A stretch of 62,944 bases of DNA from Clostridium sp. (GTDB taxonomy: Bacteria; Bacillota; Clostridia; Lachnospirales; Lachnospiraceae), in the NCBI GenBank assembly GCA_023663815.1, contig JAMPGS010000001.1, positions 1 through 62,944 on the forward strand, in the 5' to 3' direction. The position numbers and the translations under genes were made by a program. The notes under the pieces were generated by a model. The model saw only the letters and a program-made list of their open reading frames with translations. It was not told the DNA's origin and ran no database searches. This document shows, piece by piece, positions 1 through 9,170 of this stretch (positions are counted from its first letter, which is position 1; each line of letters opens with the position of its first letter).

Positions 1-248
1 ATAGTGGAAACGCTAAGTGCGTCAAAAGCGCCCCAAAGGGAAGGGAAGGGGAATCGGTATGAAGAGAGAATAAGAGTGCATATGCCGATACTTGATGCGA
101 TGCAGACGGCATCAAGGAAGGCATTTAAGAAAGCGTTTTGTAAATGAACAAAATAACCTGAGAGGGTTTAATTAGCATACAAAAAAGAAAGCAGAATACC
201 ATAAAGAAAAATGAATGGTAAATTGCCAACGATTGCTTGACACAAACC
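1..248 (+). mobile_element. Right end of an insertion sequence, probably ISLre2 family; cut by the window edge
   Basis: Open frame 1-147 (..RYEERIRVHMPILDAMQTASRKAFKKAFCK*), then a terminus ...CCAACGATTGCTTGACACAAACC abutting the interrupted ORF at 249. Family call is from recalled resemblance to ISLre2-type ends only. Confidence 0.45.
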
Positions 249-408
249 ATAGCGGATAAGGGATAGACGGTAGTACATGTTTTGTGTTATAGTAGCCATA
301 GCAGAGATACTCCTTTTTTATTTTTGTTGTAGCGACTAAAATATAACACAAAAGCAGCGTCTCTGCTTTTTAATGATTCAGTTGTAACACATGTATTGTA
401 ATCCTACA
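249..408 (-). mobile_element. Left end of an IS481-family element with transposase interrupted after 17 codons
   Basis: Minus-strand end TGTAGGATTACAATACATGTGTTACA (408-383) begins with the TGT typical of IS481. SD AAGGAG, then ATG at 299 encoding MATITQNMYYRLSLIRY, resembling the N-terminus of clostridial IS481 transposases; similarity stops at 248. Confidence 0.6.
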
Positions 409-598
409 GAAATTTTTTTGAAAAATAATTTTTTCCCTTGCTACTATTATATGATTTATGCTATCATATTTTTATCTAAAAACAATTTGGAAATTCTACA
501 ATACCTGTTTTGATTAAGGTATATTCAAATGGCATTTCAGCCGGGGCCTGTTCGCCCGTATTTCCAAGGAAGATTTGTATTTACGTTAAGGAGAAAGT

Positions 599-1591
599 AT
601 GGGAAAAAAGAATAATGTTATGTGCGATTATCTGGAAAAACCGGAGCGGTTTGCAGATTTTATTAATGGAAGCCTGTACGGGGGAAAACAAGCGATATTG
701 CCGGAGCAGATTGCGGAGAGACAGACGGTGTACTCAAAAGCAGCAAGAAATAGGGATATTTTAAAAAAGGTCTGCAGGGAGGGAAGCTACATTTTAATAG
801 GGGTGGAAAATCAAGACCAGATTCACTATGCCATGCCCCTGCGCTGTATGGAGTATGACGTATTGGAATACAAAAAGCAGCTTGAGCGGCTGCAGTCAGA
901 ATATCGTGGGAAGCAAAGGGAGAAAGGCAATAGGATAAAAAGTGAAGAGGAACCTGCAGAAAACGCCGGTATGAACCGGGCGGAGTTCCTTTCCGGCATA
1001 AGGAAAGCGGATAGGCTAAGCCCTGTGACGACAATTGTATTTTATCACGGGGAAGATGAATATGATGGTTGCAGAAATTTGCATGATATGTTAAACTTTG
1101 AGGAAGGAAACGAAATTTTCAAACAATATATTTCGAATTACCACATAAATCTGGTGACAGTGAAGGATTTAAATGAAAATAATTTTCAGACGGGTATCAG
1201 GGAGCTTATTGGGTTCATGAAGCGCAGGAAAAACCGGTCGGAGCTTCAAAAGTACTGCGAGGAGAACTGGCAGAGGATGCAGGAGATGGACGAGGATACT
1301 TTTGATACAATCAGCATTATGATAAATAGGACAGATTTTATGAAGCAAAAGAGCGATTATCGGCAGGAAGGAGGAACGGTCAATATGTGTCAGGCAATGG
1401 AGGAATGGAAAGAGGAACTATTGCAGGAGGGAATGGAGCGCGGTATAGAGCGTGGAATGGAAGCGTTAGTACTGGATTATCTGGAAGAGGGGATGTCGAG
1501 GGAAAGGATTATTGAAAAGCTGCAGAAAATATTTTCCCTTGACGCGGAGAAAGCGGAAAATTATTTTTCTAAATACGCAACTTGTCAATGA
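599..1591 (+). CDS. Rpn/YhgA-like recombination-promoting nuclease (PD-(D/E)XK putative transposase family)
   Basis: FADFING, RDILKK, ILIGVENQDQIHYAMPLRCMEYD, PVTTIVFYHG, and C-terminal EGMERGIERG repeats. Confidence 0.85.
   Translation: MGKKNNVMCDYLEKPERFADFINGSLYGGKQAILPEQIAERQTVYSKAARNRDILKKVCREGSYILIGVENQDQIHYAMPLRCMEYDVLEYKKQLERLQSEYRGKQREKGNRIKSEEEPAENAGMNRAEFLSGIRKADRLSPVTTIVFYHGEDEYDGCRNLHDMLNFEEGNEIFKQYISNYHINLVTVKDLNENNFQTGIRELIGFMKRRKNRSELQKYCEENWQRMQEMDEDTFDTISIMINRTDFMKQKSDYRQEGGTVNMCQAMEEWKEELLQEGMERGIERGMEALVLDYLEEGMSRERIIEKLQKIFSLDAEKAENYFSKYATCQ
1385..1591 (+). CDS. Putative internal in-frame small protein (RpnS-like antitoxin), 68 aa
   Basis: GGAGG at 1370-1374, then in-frame ATG at 1385 (MCQAMEEWKEELLQEG...). 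Confidence 0.6.
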   Translation: MCQAMEEWKEELLQEGMERGIERGMEALVLDYLEEGMSRERIIEKLQKIFSLDAEKAENYFSKYATCQ

Positions 1592-1604
1592 TAAATTCCA
1601 GCGG

Positions 1605-1626
1605 GGCGGCTATAGCCGCCTTCTGT
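1605..1626 (+). terminator. Probable intrinsic terminator
   Basis: GGCGGC-TATA-GCCGCC then TTCTGT (weak U tract). Confidence 0.5.
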
Positions 1627-1672
1627 GCATATTGCATAAAAACGGGAGGGAAAACCTGTACATAAGTCCAAA

Positions 1673-1720
1673 TTGACAACTTGGTGTTGAAATGTTACTA
1701 TAAATTTAACACGTGTAAAC
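1673..1720 (+). promoter_or_regulatory. sigmaA promoter with downstream palindromic operator
   Basis: TTGACA (1673-1678), 17 bp, TG-n-TACTAT (1696-1701); palindrome ACACGTGT (1709-1716) within TTTAACACGTGTAAAC. Confidence 0.7.
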
Positions 1721-1741
1721 TTCTAAAAGGGGAGCATCTGT

Positions 1742-2851
1742 ATGGAGATAATCACGCGGATGACCTTGGAAGGAATTGCCGCGGAAATCGGTATTTCCAG
1801 AACGACGATTTACAAGGTTTTAAAAAATAAAGGCAATGTCAGCGATAAGACAAAGGCCACAGTGATGGAGGCTTTAGAAAAGTATCGCTACGTGGAAAAC
1901 AAAAACGCCAGAAATCTTGCGCTGAATAGGCAGTATGCTATCGGCTATGTGGGCTTTCGTTCCAGAAGCGCAAACTATTTTTCCCCGGAGGTGCGAAAGG
2001 GAATCAACGAGGCCGTAAAGGAATTTGGGGACGACGGCTTACATATTTTAGTGGCGGAAGTCGATTTGGAGGAGCCATGGCGGCAGCTTGAGGAAGTGGA
2101 AAGTATGCTGGCGCAGGGGGTGAGGAGCTTTCTGCTTGCGCTTTCCGACGAAAAAGCAGTGACGGAAAAAATTTTGCGGAGGCTTAAAGAGGAGGAGTGT
2201 TTGATTGCCCTTCTCAGCCGTGACAGCGAAAAAATCAGCGGGAATTATTATGTAGGGGTGGATTATTACCGGAGCGGTTTGCTTGCGGCGGAGCTTCTTG
2301 GGAAAATGCTTCCGAGAATTCCGAGCGGGGGAGATTTTGGAGGCAACGGCCTAGAAACGGCCAAAATTTTTGTGCCGGTGACTACGGAATACCGCAGCAA
2401 TCAGGATATCCACGCCAGATTAAACGGTTTTTTGGAAAAACTGAAGGAATTTCCGGGATGTCAGGCGCTTCCCATTGCCTATGGCTTGGTGGAGGACGAG
2501 GAAATTTATCAGGTAGTAACTTCCTGCGTGAGAAGTGAGCCGGATTTGCGCGGTATTTTTGATTTAACCTATCGGCTTGACCTTATGGCAAAGGCCCTTC
2601 GGGACTGCAGCAGGCGCGATATTAGGCTGGTGGGATTTGACTTGTTCCCTGAAATTGAGGGGGACATTGCGGACTCCGTGATTGACGCGGTGGTTTATCA
2701 GGATTTAAGCAGGCAGGCCTATCTGGGGATTAAGCTTTTGTTTGAGGAAATGTGTTATGGAATTTCTGGGGAAAAAAAGAAGTTTTATTCCAAGCTTGAG
2801 ATTATTACCAGCGAAAATTTATGTTACTTTACGGAGCAGAAATTAAAATAA
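1742..2851 (+). CDS. LacI-family transcriptional regulator
   Basis: HTH TLEGIAAEIGISRTTIYKVLKNKGNVS, hinge NARNLA, sugar-binding domain. Confidence 0.9.
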   Translation: MEIITRMTLEGIAAEIGISRTTIYKVLKNKGNVSDKTKATVMEALEKYRYVENKNARNLALNRQYAIGYVGFRSRSANYFSPEVRKGINEAVKEFGDDGLHILVAEVDLEEPWRQLEEVESMLAQGVRSFLLALSDEKAVTEKILRRLKEEECLIALLSRDSEKISGNYYVGVDYYRSGLLAAELLGKMLPRIPSGGDFGGNGLETAKIFVPVTTEYRSNQDIHARLNGFLEKLKEFPGCQALPIAYGLVEDEEIYQVVTSCVRSEPDLRGIFDLTYRLDLMAKALRDCSRRDIRLVGFDLFPEIEGDIADSVIDAVVYQDLSRQAYLGIKLLFEEMCYGISGEKKKFYSKLEIITSENLCYFTEQKLK

Positions 2852-2863
2852 AGGAGGTTTGTT

Positions 2864-4333
2864 ATGCTGTACATAGGTGTTGATTTAGGTACCAGCGCGG
2901 TGAAGCTGCTGCTTATGGAGGGGGACGGAAAGATTCGGAAAATTGTTTCCAGAGAGTACCCTATTTTTTTCCCCAATCCGGGCTGGTCCCAGCAAAACCC
3001 TGAGGATTGGTTTACCCAGACTGTGGAGGGAATCAGGGAGCTGATTGCCGACGTGGACAAGGAGGAAGTGGCGGGAATCAGCTTCGGCGGGCAGATGCAC
3101 GGGCTGGTGATTTTGGACAAGGACGATAATGTGATACGCCCGGCCATTTTGTGGAACGACGGGAGAACTTATGAGGAATGTGATTATTTAAACAATGTGA
3201 TTGGAAAAGAAAAGCTTTCCGAGTACACGGCGAATATTTCTTTTACGGGTTTTACCGCCCCCAAGATTTTGTGGGTAAAAAATAAGGAGCCCGAAAATTT
3301 CGCGCGCATCTCCAAAATCATGCTGCCAAAAGATTACATTGCCTATAAGCTGACGGGCGTCCACTGTACGGACGTGTCGGACGCTTCCGGTATGCTGCTT
3401 CTTGATGTGAAAAACCGCAGGTGGTCGAAGGAAATGTGCGATATCTGCGGAATCAGCGAGGAGATGCTGCCGAGGCTTTTCGAGAGCTATGAGTGTGTGG
3501 GAACGGTAAAAGAGGACGTTGCAAAGCTGCTTGGAATTTCCTCCTCCGTAAAGGTGGCGGCGGGCGCGGGCGACAACGCGGCGGCAGCGGTGGGAACCGG
3601 CACGGTAGGCGAGGGTATGTGCAACATTTCGCTGGGCACCAGCGGCACAATTTTTATTTCTTCGGAAAGATTTGGGGTGGATAAGTTTAACGCGCTTCAC
3701 GCTTTTGCCCACGCGGACGGAAATTATCACTTGATGGGCTGTATGCTGAGCGCGGCTTCCTGCAACAAATGGTGGATGGAGGACATTATCGGCACAGATG
3801 CTTACGCCGAGGAGCAGAAGGAAATCAAAACCCTTGGCGAAAATCATGTGTACTTTCTTCCTTATTTAATGGGGGAGCGTTCGCCGCACAACAATCCCAA
3901 TGCCAGAGGCACCTTCATAGGCATGACGATGGACACCACAAGAGCGGACATGACGCAGGCGGTGCTGGAAGGAGTTGCCTTTGCCCTGCGGGATTCCCTT
4001 GAGGTGGCAAAATCCTTGGGGATTCATTTGGAGAGAACCAAAATCTGCGGCGGCGGCGCGAAAAGCCCCTTGTGGAAAAAAATGATTGCCAATATCTTGA
4101 ATTTAAAGGTGGACGTGATTGAAAGCGAGGAAGGACCCGCCCTTGGCGGCGCAATGCTGGCGGCGGTAGCCTGCGGAGAGTATGAAAGCGTGGAAGCGGC
4201 GGCAAAAAAGATTGTCAAGATTATTGACACTGTGGAGCCGGAAACCGAGCTGGTTGCAAAATATGAGGAAAGATACCGGCAGTTTAAAGAAATTTATCCC
4301 GCATGTAAGGCTTTATTTGATATAATTAAGTGA
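2864..4333 (+). CDS. xylB: Xylulokinase (FGGY family)
   Basis: IGVDLGTSAVK, GQMHGLV, ILWNDGR, SLGTSG, PYLMGERSP, GGGAKS. Confidence 0.9.
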   Translation: MLYIGVDLGTSAVKLLLMEGDGKIRKIVSREYPIFFPNPGWSQQNPEDWFTQTVEGIRELIADVDKEEVAGISFGGQMHGLVILDKDDNVIRPAILWNDGRTYEECDYLNNVIGKEKLSEYTANISFTGFTAPKILWVKNKEPENFARISKIMLPKDYIAYKLTGVHCTDVSDASGMLLLDVKNRRWSKEMCDICGISEEMLPRLFESYECVGTVKEDVAKLLGISSSVKVAAGAGDNAAAAVGTGTVGEGMCNISLGTSGTIFISSERFGVDKFNALHAFAHADGNYHLMGCMLSAASCNKWWMEDIIGTDAYAEEQKEIKTLGENHVYFLPYLMGERSPHNNPNARGTFIGMTMDTTRADMTQAVLEGVAFALRDSLEVAKSLGIHLERTKICGGGAKSPLWKKMIANILNLKVDVIESEEGPALGGAMLAAVACGEYESVEAAAKKIVKIIDTVEPETELVAKYEERYRQFKEIYPACKALFDIIK

Positions 4334-4378
4334 CAGTGTACTGAAGAACAATGTAGAACTAAAAATAAGAGGTGTAAA

Positions 4379-5002
4379 ATGAAAATTTATGACGTAACGG
4401 ACGAACGCTTTAAAAAGTATGGCAAAATTGTAAAAGGAATTGACTTTTCCGCGTTGGTAAAAGCCATGGAGGAGGAGACGCCTCTCCCGGAAGGAGTGGA
4501 GTATGTTCCCGGCTTGGAAGCGCTGGAATCTCTCCCAGTGATGAAGGAGCTTACCGAAAAGACTTACGGGGAACTGCCGATTCAAATTGGATACTGCAAC
4601 GGGCATAATTCCATGCTGAACGCGTTGGAGTATCACAAAAGCTCTGAAATTAATGTGGCGGCGACAGACGCTATTTTAATACTTGGAAGCGAGCAGGATA
4701 TCATGGAGGATTTTACCTATGATACCGCCTTGGCGGAGGCCTTTTTGGTGCCCAAGGGAACGGCGGTAGAGATTTACGCGACTACCCTTCATTACGCGCC
4801 CTGCGGAGTAAACGGCGAGGGCTTTAAGGTGACGATTGTGCTGCCTAAGGGCACAAATTTGGATTTGGAGAAAGCCCATGAGGGCGGCGAGGACGGCCAT
4901 TTAACCGCAAAGAATAAATGGCTTTTGGGACACCCGGAAGGCGGGCTGCCGGAGGGAAGTCCCATGGGACTTGTCGGGAAAAATCTTTGTGTTGACGAGT
5001 GA
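4379..5002 (+). CDS. DUF4867-like (cupin-type) protein
   Basis: IQIGYCNGHN, LEYHKSSE, YATTLHYAPC, NKWLLGHPE; sits between xylB and the isomerase. Confidence 0.7.
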   Translation: MKIYDVTDERFKKYGKIVKGIDFSALVKAMEEETPLPEGVEYVPGLEALESLPVMKELTEKTYGELPIQIGYCNGHNSMLNALEYHKSSEINVAATDAILILGSEQDIMEDFTYDTALAEAFLVPKGTAVEIYATTLHYAPCGVNGEGFKVTIVLPKGTNLDLEKAHEGGEDGHLTAKNKWLLGHPEGGLPEGSPMGLVGKNLCVDE

Positions 5003-5130
5003 GGAATATTGAAAGGAATGTGGTAGGGAGGAGCCTGTGAAGCGGGGAAATTCTTTATCACTATGACGCTGATAAATATTGGTTCGCGTGGAATATGTCT
5101 ACTCAAAAAAGAAAATAGGAGGACGAAAAA

Positions 5131-6615
5131 ATGAACAATTTACCCAAAGTGAAAATCGGAATCGTTGCGGTGAGCCGCGACTGTTTCCCGGAGTCCCTGT
5201 CCGTCAACAGGAGAAAAGCATTGGTGGAGGCTTATCAGGCAAAGTATGATGGGGCTGATATTTATGAAAGCCCTGTCTGCATTGTGGAAAGCGAAATCCA
5301 TATGGTTCAGGCACTTGAGGACATCAAAAAAGCGGGCTGCAACGCATTGTGCGTTTATCTTGGAAACTTTGGCCCTGAAATTTCCGAGACCTTGCTGGCA
5401 AAGCATTTTGACGGGCCGTCCATGTTTATAGCGGCGGCGGAGGAGAGCCAAAACGACTTGGTGGGCGGCCGCGGCGACGCTTACTGTGGAATGTTAAACG
5501 CCAGCTACAATTTAAAGCTTCGCAATGTGCGGGCCTATATTCCTGAATACCCTGTAGGCACGGCGGAGGAGTGCGCCGACATGATTCACGACTTTGTTCC
5601 TGTTGCAAGGGCAATTGTGGGGCTTAAGAGCCTTAAAATTATCAGCTTCGGCCCCAGGCCGCTTAACTTCCTTGCCTGCAACGCGCCCATCAAGCAGCTT
5701 TACAATCTGGGTGTGGAAATCGAGGAGAATTCGGAGCTGGATTTGTTTGAGGCCTTCAATAAGCATGAGGGCGACGAGCGGATTCCCGCAAAGGTAAAGG
5801 AGATGGAGGAAGAGCTTGGCGAGGGCAATCAGAAGCCGGAAATTTTAAGCAGGCTTGCCCAGTATGAGCTGACGCTTTTGGATTGGGTGGAAGCCCATAA
5901 GGGCTACCGCGAGTATGTTGCCATTGCCGGAAAATGCTGGCCTGCGTTCCAGACCCAGTTTGGCTTTGTGCCCTGCTATGTGAACAGCCGTTTAGCGGGT
6001 ATGGGAATTCCCGTTTCCTGCGAGGTGGACATTTACGGCTGCTTGAGCGAGTTTATCGGCGCGGCTGTGAGCGACGATGTGGTTACGCTGCTGGATATCA
6101 ACAACACGGTTCCCGACGATATGTACGAAGAATCTATCAAAGGCAAATTCGATTATACCCATAAGGACACTTTCATGGGCTTCCACTGTGGAAATACCTG
6201 CTCCAAAAAGCTGGCTTTCTGCAGCATGAAAAATCAAATGATTATGGCGAGGTCTCTTCCCGTGGAGGTTACCAACGGCACGCTGGAGGGCGACATTATT
6301 CCCGGAGATATCACTTTCTACCGCCTGCAGTCAACGGCGGACAACAAGCTTCGCGGCTATATTGCTCAGGGCGAGGTTTTACCCGTGGCGACAAGGTCCT
6401 TTGGCGGAATCGGCGTATTTGCAATTCCTGAGATGGGAAGATTTTACCGTCATGTGCTGATTGAGGGCAACTATCCTCACCACGGTGCGGTTGCTTTCGG
6501 GCACCACGGAAAGGCTCTCTACGAGGTGTTTAAGTACATTGGCGTTCCAGTGGAGGAGATTGGATTTAACCAGCCTAAGGGAATGTTGTATAAGTCTGAA
6601 AATCCTTTTGCCTAA
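5131..6615 (+). CDS. L-fucose/L-arabinose isomerase-family protein; probable XylA-II-type xylose isomerase
   Basis: VSRDCFP, GNFGPE, RGDAYCG, KCWP, CEVDIYG, GFHCGN, PHHGAV; clustered with xylB as in clostridial xylB/xylA-II loci. Confidence 0.8.
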   Translation: MNNLPKVKIGIVAVSRDCFPESLSVNRRKALVEAYQAKYDGADIYESPVCIVESEIHMVQALEDIKKAGCNALCVYLGNFGPEISETLLAKHFDGPSMFIAAAEESQNDLVGGRGDAYCGMLNASYNLKLRNVRAYIPEYPVGTAEECADMIHDFVPVARAIVGLKSLKIISFGPRPLNFLACNAPIKQLYNLGVEIEENSELDLFEAFNKHEGDERIPAKVKEMEEELGEGNQKPEILSRLAQYELTLLDWVEAHKGYREYVAIAGKCWPAFQTQFGFVPCYVNSRLAGMGIPVSCEVDIYGCLSEFIGAAVSDDVVTLLDINNTVPDDMYEESIKGKFDYTHKDTFMGFHCGNTCSKKLAFCSMKNQMIMARSLPVEVTNGTLEGDIIPGDITFYRLQSTADNKLRGYIAQGEVLPVATRSFGGIGVFAIPEMGRFYRHVLIEGNYPHHGAVAFGHHGKALYEVFKYIGVPVEEIGFNQPKGMLYKSENPFA

Positions 6616-6652
6616 AAAGATTTAAATTTTAAAAAATAGATATTGTAATTTG

Positions 6653-6703
6653 CAGCCTGTGTGATTATACTCTTATTTGCTGTAATCACACAGGCTGTTT
6701 TTT
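6653..6703 (+). terminator. Intrinsic terminator of the sugar operon
   Basis: 15-bp stem CAGCCTGTGTGATTA / TAATCACACAGGCTG followed by T6. Confidence 0.85.
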
Positions 6704-6765
6704 GCGCGAGAGCGTTTACATTTACAATTGGCAATCGCCCTGCGCGGCAAATAGGGAGGATTAAA

Positions 6766-8187
6766 ATGGAAGAAGCAGAAAAAATAAAAATGAAAAAAGC
6801 GCCAAAGAGCGCCACAAAAGACATGACGGAAGGCTCTCCTATGGGGTTGATTCTGGGATTTTCCATTCCGCTTTTGTTCGGAGCGCTGTTTCAGCAGTTT
6901 TACAGTGTGGTTGACACTGTGATAGTGGGGCGCATTTTGGGCGTAAACGCGCTGGCGGGAGTGGGCGCTACCGGCTCGGTAAATTTTATGATTGTGGGGT
7001 TCTGCATGGGCGTATGCAGCGGGTTTTCTATCCCCATAGCGCACAAATTTGGAGCGAAGGATTATTCGGGAATGAGGCAGTTTGTGGCAAACTGCGCATG
7101 GCTGGCGCTCCTTTTTTCCGTGGTAATCACGACAACGGTTGTTTTGTTGTGCAGAAATATACTGACATGGATGAAAACGCCGGAGGATATTTTTGAAATG
7201 TCCTATTCCTACATTGTGGTTATTTTTGCAGGTATACCGGCTAATTTCCTTTATAATATTCTATCCGGCATTATCCGCGCCATGGGAAACAGCAGGGCGC
7301 CGCTGTATTTTTTGACGTTATCCTCCGTTTTGAACATCGGGCTGGATTTTTTATGTATCCTGACTTTTAATATGGGCGTTGCCGGGGCGGCGGTTGCAAC
7401 CGTTGTATCGCAGCTTGTTTCCGGGGCTTTATGTCTTTTTTATGTGGTAAAAAAATTTGAGATTTTACATATTTCAAAGGAAGAATGGAAAATAAATCCT
7501 CATCACATGTGGACGCTTTGCGGGATGGGGATTCCCATGGGGCTGCAGTATTCCATCACGGCAATCGGTTCGGTGATTCTGCAGACGGCCGTAAATACCT
7601 TAGGCTCCGCCGTGGTGGCTTCCGTGACGGCGGCGGGAAAAGTAAATATGTTTGTCAGTTGTCCCTTCGATGCAATGGGCACCACTATGGCGACCTACGG
7701 GGGACAGAATGTGGGAGCCAAAAAGCTGGACCGTCTGGGAAAAGGCCTAAAAGACTGTATTCTTTTGGGAGTGGGGTATTCTGTGCTGGCTTTTGGAATT
7801 TTGTATTTCTTCGGCGTCCACTTGGCGTCGTTGTTTGTGGATACGGGCGAAAAGGAACTTTTGGAAAACGCCGGGCGTTTTTTGGTTATCAACGGAGCCT
7901 TTTATATTCCTCTTGCGCTGGTAAATATTATCCGGTTTATGATACAGGGAATGGGCTTTGGAGTTTTAGCGATTTTGGCGGGTGTGTTTGAGATGGCGGC
8001 AAGGACGCTGGCGGCGGTCTTGCTGGTTCCGGCTTTTGGCTTTATGGGGGTTTGTCTTGCAAGTCCCCTTGCATGGGTGTTTGCGGATGTGTTTTTGATT
8101 CCGGCTTATATCTATGTGCGGCGCAGGCTGAACCGCATGATGGGTATGGAGGAGAAAAAAACTGAAAGTTTTCCGTCCGGGGCGTAA
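6766..8187 (+). CDS. MATE family efflux transporter
   Basis: DMTEGSP, FQQFYSVVDTVIVG, MGVAGAAVAT; start moved to the ATG after GGGAGG. Confidence 0.9.
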   Translation: MEEAEKIKMKKAPKSATKDMTEGSPMGLILGFSIPLLFGALFQQFYSVVDTVIVGRILGVNALAGVGATGSVNFMIVGFCMGVCSGFSIPIAHKFGAKDYSGMRQFVANCAWLALLFSVVITTTVVLLCRNILTWMKTPEDIFEMSYSYIVVIFAGIPANFLYNILSGIIRAMGNSRAPLYFLTLSSVLNIGLDFLCILTFNMGVAGAAVATVVSQLVSGALCLFYVVKKFEILHISKEEWKINPHHMWTLCGMGIPMGLQYSITAIGSVILQTAVNTLGSAVVASVTAAGKVNMFVSCPFDAMGTTMATYGGQNVGAKKLDRLGKGLKDCILLGVGYSVLAFGILYFFGVHLASLFVDTGEKELLENAGRFLVINGAFYIPLALVNIIRFMIQGMGFGVLAILAGVFEMAARTLAAVLLVPAFGFMGVCLASPLAWVFADVFLIPAYIYVRRRLNRMMGMEEKKTESFPSGA

Positions 8188-8260
8188 TTTTGGCGTCATG
8201 GGTTTCAACGTTTCTGCGCTGCTTTTACACAAGTATAAATGCTTTTATTTTTCTGCAATT

Positions 8261-8344
8261 TGGATAAAATTCGGATATATTTTATGACACTGGATAAAAT
8301 TCGGATATTTTTAGGTTGACATTCGGAATAAATTCGGGTACAAT
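8261..8344 (+). promoter_or_regulatory. sigmaA promoter with three direct-repeat operator-like sites
   Basis: TGGATAAAATTCGGATAT at 8261 and 8291; TTGACA (8316-8321), 17 bp, TACAAT (8339-8344); third copy CGGAATAAATTCGG in the spacer. Confidence 0.75.
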
Positions 8345-8375
8345 ATTGTTATCACAGAAAGCAGGAGGTATGGCG

Positions 8376-9170
8376 ATGACAGTAGAAGAGATGAAGCGGA
8401 TAAAAAAGGAAAAGGGGTATTCTTATGCGCAGATTGCGCGGATGAGCGGAGTGCCTGTTGGAACTGTTCAAAAAATCTTTGGGGGGGAAACTTCTTCCCC
8501 GCGCTATGATACGCTGATGGCTTTGGAAAGTTTTTTCATGGGGGAAAGCGGAGGTGATTTTGCGCTGGGAGAAGAAGCGGCCGCCTACGGAACCGTTAAA
8601 AAGCAGGGCGAATATACAATTGAGGATTATTATGCCCTTCCGGATGATAAACGGGTGGAATTGATAGACGGCGTGTTTTACGATATGAGCGCGCCTAATT
8701 TTGTACACCAGATGATTGGCGGGGAGTTACACCGGCAGATTGCTAATTTTATTTTTGAAAATAAGGGCAATTGCGTTCCCTTGATAGCGCCGGTAGACGT
8801 GCAATTGGACTGCGACGACAGAACCATGGTGCAGCCGGATGTGGCGATACTGTGCGATAAGAATAAGATTATGAAGTGGGGGGTTATGGGAGCGCCGGAC
8901 TTTGTGGTGGAGGTGCTGTCCCCCTCCACCAAGCGCAAGGATTGTATTAAGAAGCTGGATAAGTATATGGAAGCTGGAGTAAAGGAATACTGGATGATAG
9001 ACCCCTACAAGCAAAAGCTGATTGTCTATGAGTTTGAGAAGGAGAGTTACCCGGCGGTTTACGGTTTGCACGGGGAAGTTCCGGTAGGTATTTACGAAGG
9101 AAAGCTTTTGATTAATATGGACCGCATAGGGGAGATGGTTCAGGATTACCCCGATGGCGGCAGAGCTTGA
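8376..9170 (+). CDS. XRE-HTH fused to a Uma2 (DUF820) family endonuclease
   Basis: HTH YSYAQIARMSGVPVGTVQKIF; RVELIDG, VQPDV, PDFVVEVLSPST, GVKEYWMIDP; SD GGAGG at 8364. Confidence 0.88.
   Translation: MTVEEMKRIKKEKGYSYAQIARMSGVPVGTVQKIFGGETSSPRYDTLMALESFFMGESGGDFALGEEAAAYGTVKKQGEYTIEDYYALPDDKRVELIDGVFYDMSAPNFVHQMIGGELHRQIANFIFENKGNCVPLIAPVDVQLDCDDRTMVQPDVAILCDKNKIMKWGVMGAPDFVVEVLSPSTKRKDCIKKLDKYMEAGVKEYWMIDPYKQKLIVYEFEKESYPAVYGLHGEVPVGIYEGKLLINMDRIGEMVQDYPDGGRA

Noticed and set aside
6661-6765. Upstream starts in the ORF track (6661, 8316, 21082, 22108, 25718, 42620, 47226, 61503)
   Set aside because: They run through terminators, promoters or repeats, or lack an SD; downstream ATGs with an SD fit better
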